IMG/VR virus record: IMGVR_UViG_2802428989_000001
Coordinates: 1 to 64,000 of that record
DNA length: 64,000 nt
Reading direction: 5' to 3' (one strand)
Source of the DNA: a virus
The notes beneath the pieces were generated by a model. It had not been told where the DNA came from and did not search any database. It worked only from the letters and a program-made list of their open reading frames with translations. The position numbers and the translations under genes were made by a program. Of the stretch, positions 55,718 through 63,595 are shown in pieces (positions within the stretch are counted from its first letter, which is position 1; each line of letters begins with the position of its first letter).

Positions 55718-56896
55718 ATGCCCGATCTGTCATTCACCATGGACCGCGACGCGTTCACAGAGGCCGTCACGTGGGCCGCACGCATCATCCCCGGTAAGCC
55801 GCAGACGCCCATCCTGGCGGGAATGCTGGCGACGGGAGGAGCATCAGGACTGACGCTGAGCAGTTTCGACCTGGACGTGAGCGCTGAGATTGGCCTTCCC
55901 GACGCGCAGCAGGTGACGCCTGGTAGTTCGCTGGTCAGCGGCCGACTGCTCGCGACAATCGCCAAGGTGCTGCCACGCAAGCCGATCACCTGGACCGATA
56001 ACGGCTCAACCGTGGCCATCCAGTGCGGCAAGGTTGACTTCAGTCTCCCGACGATGCTCGCTGACCAGTACCCCGTACTGCCGGCGCTACCCGAGGACAC
56101 CGGCACCGTCAGCGCCGAGGAGTTCAGTCACGCGGTCACGCAGGTGATCGGCGCGGCCAGCAGCGACGAGGCCAAGCCTGGTCAGATGTGCGTGAGCCTG
56201 GAGATCACCAGTGAGTCCACACTGACACTCACGACAACCAACGGCCACCGGATCGCCATGCGTGAGATCGGCTGGACGCCGCTGTCCGACAACCCGGCCA
56301 TTGGGCAACGCCTTCTGATCCCGACTCGCGCGCTGGCCGAGATTGGCCGACTCGGTGACGATCAGGTCTATCTCGCGATCAGTGGGAATGAAAGCGACGC
56401 GCAGCTTCTCGGCATCCATGGCGGCACTCGACGCATGACTTCGCGACTCGTCGATGACAAGTTCCCCAACTGCCGAGCGGCGCTGCCGAAGCAATACCTG
56501 ACCACCGCGACCGTTGTCGTTCCCGAGATCGCCGAGTCTGTCACCCGCGCACTGGCCGTCACCGGCTCGTCGGCTGACAACCATCCAAGGATGAAGTTGA
56601 CTTTTGGTGACAACACGTTGAATGTCTACGCGAGCACGTCGATCGGCACGGTCAATGAGGACATCGACGTGCAGCTCACCGGAGAGCCTGAGACCGTGTG
56701 GATCAACCCCGTGTACCTCATGGACAGCCTGAATGCTCTCGACAGCGACAAGGCGACCATCGGCCTGCAAGGTGGTCTGCGCGGGTTGATGTTCGCGCCT
56801 GACGTTGTTGAGGCCGATGAGCTGCTAGCCAATCCGCTTGCCGGTGAAACGATTCAGATGATCCAGCCGATTCGTCACACGGAACCGGCCGCGTAG
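55718..56896 (+). CDS. dnaN: DNA polymerase III beta subunit (sliding clamp).
   Basis: RBS 'GGAGTAGAG' before ATG 55718. Three-domain DnaN-like sequence ('TPILAGMLATGGASGLTLSSFDLD...', 'TTNGHRIAMREI', C-terminal 'LMFAP'). Confidence 0.85.
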   Translation: MPDLSFTMDRDAFTEAVTWAARIIPGKPQTPILAGMLATGGASGLTLSSFDLDVSAEIGLPDAQQVTPGSSLVSGRLLATIAKVLPRKPITWTDNGSTVAIQCGKVDFSLPTMLADQYPVLPALPEDTGTVSAEEFSHAVTQVIGAASSDEAKPGQMCVSLEITSESTLTLTTTNGHRIAMREIGWTPLSDNPAIGQRLLIPTRALAEIGRLGDDQVYLAISGNESDAQLLGIHGGTRRMTSRLVDDKFPNCRAALPKQYLTTATVVVPEIAESVTRALAVTGSSADNHPRMKLTFGDNTLNVYASTSIGTVNEDIDVQLTGEPETVWINPVYLMDSLNALDSDKATIGLQGGLRGLMFAPDVVEADELLANPLAGETIQMIQPIRHTEPAA

Positions 56897-56973
56897 ACCC
56901 CCCTGACGGTCGTAGCACCCGACCCTGTCCGGTGAACCAGGTGAGAGCGCTCCCGTCAGGGGCCTCAAAAGGA

Positions 56974-57012
56974 AACGCCCCCAACCGCATTCAGCTCGCG
57001 GTTGGGGGCGTT
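56974..57012. terminator. Bidirectional rho-independent terminator between convergent genes.
   Basis: 15-bp stem AACGCCCCCAACCGC / GCGGTTGGGGGCGTT with T-rich DNA downstream and A-rich DNA upstream. Confidence 0.8.
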
Positions 57013-57020
57013 TTGTATTT

Positions 57021-57188
57021 CTATTGCAATGTCTCGTAGGCGGTAGCTACTTGACCTTTCAGATCTTCGATCGTGTTCAGCGCCTCAAGGTGTGAGTCGA
57101 TGAGTTGCCGCTCGCGTTCGGCGCTCGGGTGGTAGTCCATCTTGTTCACGACTCGTCGCCAACCGGCGAGCGTTTCGCGTTTGATCAT
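57021..57188 (-). CDS. Small hypothetical protein (55 aa).
   Basis: ATG shares its A with the upstream stop (TGATG-style overlap). Last gene of the leftward operon. Confidence 0.35.
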   Translation of the reverse strand: MIKRETLAGWRRVVNKMDYHPSAERERQLIDSHLEALNTIEDLKGQVATAYETLQ

Positions 57189-57628
57189 CAGTGCCCCTCT
57201 CTGGAATCCAATTCGGTTGTAATGTCGGAGATTGGGCGACTTCCCGCCTCGATTCGATCGTGGACGCAGACAGCCCCTACGCACGGGGGACCGTTGAATA
57301 CCCTTTCGATCAGCCCTCCCAGTCGTGAGTCACCGGACGCCATGTTGCCTCCGAACATTGTCCACGTGCGCATCTGGAATGCCGAGAGCGGCACAAAATG
57401 CGGCAGCGCTCCGGGTAGATTTGGCCCGACAAGCACCACGGCGTTATCGCTCGTAGACTCCACAACCCGTGATCCCTCCGGTGGTGGAATCAGCTCACCG
57501 TTGCGGTCGCTCGCGATACCGACCAGAACCAGACGAGAGTGCCGCGCGCTGATGCCATTCAGGGTGCAGTCGGGAAAGTCCGCGGGTCGCAAGACCGTTA
57601 GTTCTAATCCCATCATTGTGTCAGTCAT
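57188..57628 (-). CDS. Hypothetical protein (146 aa) co-transcribed downstream of the ADP-ribosylglycohydrolase gene.
   Basis: ATG shares its A with the glycohydrolase stop. No recognisable motif. Confidence 0.45.
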   Translation of the reverse strand: MTDTMMGLELTVLRPADFPDCTLNGISARHSRLVLVGIASDRNGELIPPPEGSRVVESTSDNAVVLVGPNLPGALPHFVPLSAFQMRTWTMFGGNMASGDSRLGGLIERVFNGPPCVGAVCVHDRIEAGSRPISDITTELDSREGH

Positions 57629-58638
57629 CAGAACTCGTATCCTTCCGCTTCTGAAATCTCTTTCTGGTAGCGCGTTTCCAGCCGATCGAACCACTCGGCA
57701 GGCCATGGGTCGTCATACATCGCGCCGAGGATTGATCCCGCGATCGCCGCGATCGAGTCGCTGTCACCGCTCGTGACCGTCGCGCGACGTAGTGCCGCTA
57801 TCGGGTCATTGGGAAACAGATCGATGCAGAACAGCGCGCACGCCAGCGCATCATGAGCGCGCCAGCCGGGGCCAGCGTGCTCACACGGATCGAGATCCCA
57901 CGGATCAACACCAGAATCACGCAACTGGCGAAGTGCGATATCCGCGGTCAGTAGACGGTCCTGGACGAAGAGCAGACCGCGCGTCATGAACCGACGCACG
58001 CCGACCTCAGCGACGACAGGGTGACCGTCGATCCAACGGGCAACATCCGTAAGTAGAGACGAATCATGATGTAGCCCAGTGCTTGCCAGATAGACCGCCT
58101 CTTCGAGCAGCCGCCCTGGGTAGATGCTTCGCGCATTGCGGATGATCGCTGCGGTCAAGAGCGATGCGGCGATGCCCGTCGCGCGCCCGTGGGTGGATGC
58201 TGCTTGCCACGCGGCGACCCCTTGCCAGCTGCGATCTTTGGTTACGAAAGCTGCTGGACTGACGCGCATTACCGTGCCGCATCCATCCGAGTTCAAAATA
58301 GTGGCCTTGGGCCAGGGGAAGTCGTTCTTCAACGCCCCGATAGCGCGCATGCACGTGTTGCCCGGTGCGCGGTTGTTGTCTGGGTCATCGAACCACTTGA
58401 TCCACTGATCGATGATCTTGACGCCAACCTCATCATCGGTCAATTCTTTTGTGTCGTGGAGACCTCGCGCGAGCGCGAGCGTCATCTGAGTGTCGTCGCT
58501 GATGATCAGCTTCTCAGGCAGCTCTGGGCCCATTAGCCCGTTTTCGGTGAGCTGAGCGTACGACCTGAACTCATTGCGGTAGCCCCACGCATCGCCATAG
58601 GCGACACCACGGAGCACGTTGGACCATTTACTAGGCAT
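57628..58638 (-). CDS. ADP-ribosylglycohydrolase (DraG/ARH family).
   Basis: N-terminal 'GVAYGDAWG' and C-terminal 'SGDSDSIAAIAGSILGAMYD' metal-binding signatures of the ARH fold. Confidence 0.85.
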   Translation of the reverse strand: MPSKWSNVLRGVAYGDAWGYRNEFRSYAQLTENGLMGPELPEKLIISDDTQMTLALARGLHDTKELTDDEVGVKIIDQWIKWFDDPDNNRAPGNTCMRAIGALKNDFPWPKATILNSDGCGTVMRVSPAAFVTKDRSWQGVAAWQAASTHGRATGIAASLLTAAIIRNARSIYPGRLLEEAVYLASTGLHHDSSLLTDVARWIDGHPVVAEVGVRRFMTRGLLFVQDRLLTADIALRQLRDSGVDPWDLDPCEHAGPGWRAHDALACALFCIDLFPNDPIAALRRATVTSGDSDSIAAIAGSILGAMYDDPWPAEWFDRLETRYQKEISEAEGYEF

Positions 58639-58831
58639 TTGGTTTCCTCATATGGAAGGGGACGCACGTTTCGCACTCGTACTTTCCGGACTCATCAGCG
58701 ACGTACACACCGAGAGGTGTGGTGTGCCGCTTCGCGCTGGGCCGCTCCTTGATGGCGAAACGCATGTACATACCCGAGTGCTCGTCGCACGTGACCATTC
58801 CGCCGTTATCGATCCAGACCCTCTTGGCCAT
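58631..58831 (-). CDS. Small zinc-ribbon protein.
   Basis: 'CDEH...CETC'. First gene of the leftward operon. The operator-bearing promoter region lies upstream. Confidence 0.45.
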   Translation of the reverse strand: MAKRVWIDNGGMVTCDEHSGMYMRFAIKERPSAKRHTTPLGVYVADESGKYECETCVPFHMRKPNA

Positions 58832-58855
58832 GAGCAGCCCTTTCGTCCGTTGTTT

Positions 58856-58923
58856 GGTAGACGGCTCTACCGTAGCACATTGGTAGAGCTGTCTACTACT
58901 CTATTGGTAGAATGAACTACCAA
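58856..58923. promoter_or_regulatory. Divergent promoter region with three GGTAGA-type palindromic operators.
   Basis: GGTAGACGGCTCTACC at 58856-71. GGTAGAGCTGTCTACT at 58882-97. TTGGTAG-n6-CTACCAA at 58904-23, abutting ATG 58925. Confidence 0.55.
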
Positions 58924-58924
58924 G

Positions 58925-59731
58925 ATGACACACATGACCGACGACAAGATCGTTGACAAGATCGCAAAGCTGTTGCGACAGGCCGAGGATGTAACAGGGA
59001 CGCCCGAGGAGGATGCGTTTCAAGAGCGCGCCTTCGCACTGCTGGCCAAGCATGGCATCGACCTGGCGACTGTGCGCGCACATCAGCGCGGACTCGACAT
59101 CAGCGACATGCCGAACGCCATCGACACGCTGATGCTTGTTCATAGTCCTTACGCGAGTGAGCAGAAGCACATGCTGTCCATCCTCGCGGAGGCGCTGCAT
59201 TGCAAGACCGTTGGACTCAATGACATCCCGTTCGTGCATGTCTTCGGTATGTCTCACCATGTTGCGCGTCTACAAATGCTCTGGGAGATATTGCAACCAC
59301 AGGCGACGCGCTTGGTTGCCAAAGTGCAGATGTCGAAACGGAAACCGGTTCGCAAGCTCACCCCATCCGAGTGGGCGGCGATGAATCGAGCGCAGCGAAG
59401 AGACCACCTGGTAGAGATGACGCGCGAAAGACGTGCACCGGTATCACTGCACGTTTATCGCCAGTCGTGGTTGATCGGGTTTGCCGCGTCGATCGCTCAG
59501 CGCATTAAGCTCCAGGAAGGAGAGGCCGCCAACAAGGCTGGCGTGGTCGCGCTATACAAGTCCGACCGTGAGCGCGCTGACGACGCGATGCGCGGCGCGT
59601 ACCCGGACGCGGTCAACACTATGGTGGACCAGTTCAGTGACGATGGATTCAACCAGGGTGCGCGCGCCGGACAGACCGCGACCATGGATCGGCCGGTTGA
59701 GTCTGTAGACCCTCTAGGTTTGCCGCGCTAG
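58925..59731 (+). CDS. Hypothetical protein with an alpha-helical N-terminus ('KIVDKIAKLLRQAE...EEDAFQERAFALLAKHGI').
   Basis: ATG immediately after the operator. 268 aa. Confidence 0.55.
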   Translation: MTHMTDDKIVDKIAKLLRQAEDVTGTPEEDAFQERAFALLAKHGIDLATVRAHQRGLDISDMPNAIDTLMLVHSPYASEQKHMLSILAEALHCKTVGLNDIPFVHVFGMSHHVARLQMLWEILQPQATRLVAKVQMSKRKPVRKLTPSEWAAMNRAQRRDHLVEMTRERRAPVSLHVYRQSWLIGFAASIAQRIKLQEGEAANKAGVVALYKSDRERADDAMRGAYPDAVNTMVDQFSDDGFNQGARAGQTATMDRPVESVDPLGLPR

Positions 59732-59767
59732 TAGCTTGCACTACCGGCCACGTCACTAGACTAAAAG

Positions 59768-60157
59768 GTGACAACTGGAGGACACTTCATGACCATGGCA
59801 ACAGCTCCCACCAACGCAACCGGATGGCTACGCGAGAACGGTTTCAAACTGTCTCGCGCGGCATCGTCGCGTTTCGTGGACACGTTCAACGATCTCGTCG
59901 AGCGCTACGCAGACCCAGCGGAGTATCCGATGCGCGACGCGGCGATCATGGCTGCGGCGCGGTATCTCTCGGAAGAGCTGACCTTGGATGATGCTGGTCT
60001 GGCGCTGGAGCGAGCGCGGAGCCGCGCCGACACGGGCATGGCCGTTGCGCGCGTCGTGGCCCTGCTGTCGATGGAAGACGGTCTGAGTGAGCATGGTGCA
60101 CAGCGCGCGGCCCGCGTCGATCGTATGACCGTGCGACGTTGGAGGGGGAAGCGGTGA
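59768..60157 (+). CDS. Putative HTH DNA-binding protein.
   Basis: C-terminal 'GLSEHGAQRAARVDRMTVRRW' HTH-like. Confidence 0.45.
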   Translation: MTTGGHFMTMATAPTNATGWLRENGFKLSRAASSRFVDTFNDLVERYADPAEYPMRDAAIMAAARYLSEELTLDDAGLALERARSRADTGMAVARVVALLSMEDGLSEHGAQRAARVDRMTVRRWRGKR

Positions 60158-60441
60158 CCGAGTACCTGGGTCTCACTGACATCTGCGCATGCGGTCACGA
60201 TCTGGAAAACCACGACCTCGGCGACCCGCATCACCGCGCCGGCGCGTGCGCTGGCCATGAGCTGGATGGCCCTTGCGACTGCACGCACTACCGGGAGAAG
60301 TGCCGGTGTCCCGAGTGCGACGATCTGGAGGAGATTGAGGTCGAAGAGATGACCACGCGAACCCTGCTGACGACTCTGGGTGTGCTGGTTGGGTTCGGTG
60401 TTCTGCTCGGTATGTCGTTCGGGAGACTGATCAGGCGCTAG
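60154..60441 (+). CDS. Cys/His-rich protein with a C-terminal TM helix. Start could be GTG 60154 or ATG 60139.
   Basis: 'CACGHDLENHD...HHRAGACAGHE...CDCTHY...CRCPECD', then 'LLTTLGVLVGFGVLLGM'. Confidence 0.4.
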   Translation: MTEYLGLTDICACGHDLENHDLGDPHHRAGACAGHELDGPCDCTHYREKCRCPECDDLEEIEVEEMTTRTLLTTLGVLVGFGVLLGMSFGRLIRR

Positions 60442-60473
60442 ATGCGCCACAGTGGCGAAATACGTTGATACGG

Positions 60474-60510
60474 AAGCACCCCCGAGATTCGCTCTCGGGG
60501 GTGCTTTGTC
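60474..60510 (+). terminator. Rho-independent terminator.
   Basis: 13-bp stem AAGCACCCCCGAG / CTCGGGGGTGCTT followed by TTGTCGTTG. Confidence 0.75.
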
Positions 60511-60521
60511 GTTGTGAAAGC

Positions 60522-60710
60522 TTAGAAAGTGGCGTCGATGGAGCGAGCGAAGCTGACTACATTGTCCCGCAGTTGCACTCCCAGGTCTTGCGCCGCGCGA
60601 CACCGCTTAACGAATTCATCAGGTTTGAGAACGCCTGCCATGACATCACATTTCTGGTTGTACAACGATGCCTCGATGTCTATCGCCTGTCTCTTGGTGA
60701 CTATGCTCAT
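60522..60710 (-). CDS. Small ORF (62 aa), low confidence; the locus may instead be a small RNA.
   Basis: ATG directly abutted by the operator GGTAGAGCAGTCTACC (60711-26). Only ~59% GC3. Flanked by two terminators. Confidence 0.3.
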   Translation of the reverse strand: MSIVTKRQAIDIEASLYNQKCDVMAGVLKPDEFVKRCRAAQDLGVQLRDNVVSFARSIDATF

Positions 60711-60752
60711 GGTAGAGCAGTCTACCAGCTGGACTCATGCTTATCAATAAGA

Positions 60753-60805
60753 ACGGCACCCCCGAACCTAATCTCCGGGGGTGCCGTTTCTCCGTTTGTT
60801 TTTCC
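60753..60805 (+). terminator. Rho-independent terminator-like hairpin with a T-tract.
   Basis: 12-bp stem ACGGCACCCCCG / CGGGGGTGCCGT followed by TTCTCCGTTTGTTTTT. Confidence 0.6.
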
Positions 60806-60815
60806 AGCGACGAAA

Positions 60816-62255
60816 TCAGCTCTTCTTGAGCTTCAAGGTGCCGACGTAATCATTGTCGTAATCCCGAATCTCGAAGTCCGTCATGAGGTTCTGGATCTGA
60901 TCGTCAATGGTCGGCGTGGCGATACCCTCTTCGGCCTCAAACTGCGCCTTGAGCTGGTTGTGCAGCGACACCGCCGCGCCAACCAGATCGGTGGTATCCA
61001 GCTTGTAGTTGGTTCCGCCATTGAGCCGACCGATCGCGAACGTCTTGGCTCGCTCCAGGGCCTCGCGTACGAACGCCGGATAGAAACCGACCACCACGCC
61101 ATCACCAAGCTGGATGGTCATCGCCTCATAGACCTTGTCGTAGTCCACGTCATCTGCAAGACGCTCAGTTGCGACGACGGCCTTGATCAGACGTTCAACA
61201 CCGTTGCGGTCCAGTGCCGCGACCTCAACCACCGCATCGATGCGCCCAGGGCGGAGCATGCCCTTGTGGATGCGCTCAAAGTGGTTGGTAGTCATCAGAA
61301 GTGCGACCTCGGACCCCTTGGATGTGACACCATCGAAGGTCTCCAGCAGCTTGGACACCTGGTCTACGTCGCTGGTCGATGTCTGATTGTCCACGTCCTC
61401 AATGAATACCACCGCGGGCTGGTACAGCTTCGCTGTACGGAGAACATCATTGATGTCATCACCCGGTCGTGCAGCGATGAAAGTCCAACCATTCTGGACA
61501 GCCTCCAGCGCGGTGAGCTGACCAGCCGAGGTCTTCCCGGTACCGTACGGACCCTCCAGCAGCAGCGCGCGCTTGATGCGCACGCCCTCGCCTTTGAGTG
61601 CCTTGCGGTGCCGAATCACCGACCACAGAGTGCCTTCCAGTGTGCTCATCACTTCGTCGGAGAAGACGATCTCACTCGGTACGATGGTCGCGAGGTTCAG
61701 GAACTCCGGTTCCTCGGTGCCGACGATCGCCTTACCGCGATAGATCGAGTTGGTTTTCAGCTCCTCGCCGATCGCATCAAGGAACTCACGCGCGATTTTG
61801 GCGTTCTTCTTCGCAGTGATGACGGTGACATGAGTGACGATCCCGTTGTCGCGATCGCGTTTGCCGCCGACGTTGACCAGCGTCCGATTGTCAACGCTGG
61901 GCAGGTAGACGTTGCCCCATGGAACTTCCAGGGTCTCGGTTGCCGAAATCTGCACCGTGCGGGTTTCCGGGGGTTCGGGCGGGGAGAAGAAACCGCCACC
62001 ACTCGGAGCGCCGATGGTGATACCGAACATGCGCTTCATCACCCGAGAGGTGGCGACCGCGCCGTCAAACGGACGGAACTGGTAGGTGCGGCTAGTCTGC
62101 TGCACCGACTCGGCCTCATCCTGCATGCGCTCCAGGATCTCCTTGGCGCGACCGTATGTAATGCCTTCCGGCAGAACGATCTGCGGGTTCTTGTGAAAGG
62201 TAACCTCATCACCGGTGATGATGTCGGTATCGTTCATTGGTTTTCTCACTTTCAT
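60816..62255 (-). CDS. Classic-clade AAA+ ATPase with a ~250-aa N-terminal domain of unknown function.
   Basis: Walker A 'GPYGTGKTS'. Walker B 'VVFIEDVD'. Second region of homology 'RPGRID'. Start chosen at MKVRK (RBS GGAAGGTG). The ORF track extends it to 62393. Confidence 0.8.
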   Translation of the reverse strand: MKVRKPMNDTDIITGDEVTFHKNPQIVLPEGITYGRAKEILERMQDEAESVQQTSRTYQFRPFDGAVATSRVMKRMFGITIGAPSGGGFFSPPEPPETRTVQISATETLEVPWGNVYLPSVDNRTLVNVGGKRDRDNGIVTHVTVITAKKNAKIAREFLDAIGEELKTNSIYRGKAIVGTEEPEFLNLATIVPSEIVFSDEVMSTLEGTLWSVIRHRKALKGEGVRIKRALLLEGPYGTGKTSAGQLTALEAVQNGWTFIAARPGDDINDVLRTAKLYQPAVVFIEDVDNQTSTSDVDQVSKLLETFDGVTSKGSEVALLMTTNHFERIHKGMLRPGRIDAVVEVAALDRNGVERLIKAVVATERLADDVDYDKVYEAMTIQLGDGVVVGFYPAFVREALERAKTFAIGRLNGGTNYKLDTTDLVGAAVSLHNQLKAQFEAEEGIATPTIDDQIQNLMTDFEIRDYDNDYVGTLKLKKS

Positions 62256-62307
62256 TGAATGCACCTTCCGCACCTTGCGAAAGAGGTTGTTGTTGGTGAT
62301 GTTTGAA

Positions 62308-62350
62308 CACCCCCGCCCGCCACCCGGTATAGAAAGAACGGGCGGGGGTG
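62308..62350. other. Perfect 12-bp GC hairpin (CACCCCCGCCCG ... CGGGCGGGGGTG) in the leader region of the AAA gene.
   Basis: 19-nt loop. Lies between the upstream small gene and the AAA start. Confidence 0.5.
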
Positions 62351-62515
62351 CGTTGTGTTGGTGACGTGAGCCAGTCTTAGGGATCGCGCCCAATGACCAC
62401 TTAGCGCGCTAGCTCGCGTCCTTACCGTGGCCGCGACCAACGAAATCACTTCTCAGACAAACGAGACGGGACCAGGGGGCGTGAGGGTCGCTCACGACCC
62501 CTGGTGATCTGCTGA

Positions 62516-62701
62516 CTAGCTAGACAGCAGATCTTCGCCTTGTTCGATGTGGGCTAGCTCTGTCTCCAGGGATTGCACTTCGGCCACGAGAGCACGAAGC
62601 TCGCGTTTGCGATTTGCAATCTTCTGGGTGACAACCCTGCGTCGTTGGCGCAGGGTTGCTAGCGCCTCATCTCGGCTCATCCCGTCAGGCAGTTGAACCA
62701 T
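62516..62701 (-). CDS. Small coiled-coil protein (61 aa).
   Basis: Strong SD 'CAAGGAGGTGAAC' before ATG at 62701 (the ORF track starts it at 62743). Confidence 0.45.
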   Translation of the reverse strand: MVQLPDGMSRDEALATLRQRRRVVTQKIANRKRELRALVAEVQSLETELAHIEQGEDLLSS

Positions 62702-62774
62702 GTTCACCTCCTTGTTTCCGCTTGTCGTCGTTGTGATTGACACCTTTCGGTGTCGCTGATCAGTGTAGCAGCAA

Positions 62775-62883
62775 TGGTAGACAGGTCTACCAATATGGAC
62801 TCACTGAAAGTGTTGTACAAGGCAACGCTACGTCAAATGGTGGACATAGACCTCGTGCAGTTTAGGTAGTAGAGTCATCTACC
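62775..62883. promoter_or_regulatory. Divergent promoter region with a perfect 18-bp palindrome and a second GGTAG...CTACC site.
   Basis: TGGTAGAC-AG-GTCTACCA at 62775-92. GGTAG-n9-CTACC at 62865-83. Confidence 0.55.
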
Positions 62884-62907
62884 AACGTGCAACTGAGGAG
62901 GTTCACC

Positions 62908-63105
62908 ATGTCAGAACAGGTTTTCACCGCGACCGACCCGGACGGCGACACGCTGGACGTGCAACACTGGGCCAAGGCGCAGAAGATCACCGTCAAGGTT
63001 CTAGACCGAGACGGCGATTTCCAGTCGGTCGAGCTGGACTATGGCGACGCTGCTGAGCTGGCGACAGCCATCACGGGGACGCTCGCGGAGGTGGCGGGGG
63101 CGTGA
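62908..63105 (+). CDS. Small acidic hypothetical protein (65 aa).
   Basis: RBS 'GAGGAGG' 7 nt before ATG 62908. Confidence 0.45.
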   Translation: MSEQVFTATDPDGDTLDVQHWAKAQKITVKVLDRDGDFQSVELDYGDAAELATAITGTLAEVAGA

Positions 63106-63210
63106 CCGACCCCTACGCAGCGGATGTGTACGACCCTCTGGCGTGCAACTATCCCTGGGCATGCTCGTCTCGTCATAGCGCTTGGCGTCTGAGTGCGCTG
63201 AAAAAATCAA

Positions 63211-63249
63211 GGAACTGAGACCTGCTGTATGGCAATAGGTCTCAGTTCC
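63211..63249 (-). terminator. Rho-independent terminator for the lipoprotein gene (- strand).
   Basis: 13-bp stem GGAACTGAGACCT / AGGTCTCAGTTCC with an A6 tract on the + strand, giving a U-tract on the - strand. Confidence 0.75.
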
Positions 63250-63595
63250 GGTCGTCTACCTTAGTGATCGCCTGATCAACGTGAGATACGCGCGCCGGAC
63301 AGACGTAACTCATGCCCATGCGCGTCGCGTTAATGACGCCGTTGCTGCCCTTGTCATGATTGAGCGCGACCCACTTGGCCATCTCTTCGGTGCTGTAGTT
63401 GCAATGCTCGACCGCTTGGTCATAGAGCGCATCGAAGCGGAAGTCACCATTTGGGTAGGCGCGTCTGAATTCAGTGCCCCAGGCCTGCTGGTTGACCTCG
63501 GACTTCGTTTTGAGTACATCAGGTGCGCTAGCCGGCGCTGAGCACGCCAGGACGCAACCAGCGGTCAGCGCGGCTAGTGCGATCTTGGTGAACAT
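63242..63595 (-). CDS. Secreted lipoprotein (signal peptide plus lipobox LTAGC).
   Basis: 'MFTKIALAALTAGCVLACSAPASA'. Has its own terminator. Moron-like or host gene. Confidence 0.6.
   Translation of the reverse strand: MFTKIALAALTAGCVLACSAPASAPDVLKTKSEVNQQAWGTEFRRAYPNGDFRFDALYDQAVEHCNYSTEEMAKWVALNHDKGSNGVINATRMGMSYVCPARVSHVDQAITKVDDRN

Noticed and set aside
57105-57776. 223-aa + strand ORF overlapping the glycohydrolase operon.
   Set aside because: It is antisense. The - strand genes carry ADP-ribosylglycohydrolase signatures and ATGA-coupled starts.
60465-62258. 597-aa + strand ORF covering the AAA ATPase locus.
   Set aside because: It is antisense to the - strand gene, which carries unambiguous Walker A, Walker B and 'RPGRID' motifs. 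This is a typical high-GC antisense artefact.
63102-63203. 33-aa GTG-started ORF after gene 62908..63105.
   Set aside because: Too short, and no RBS evidence.
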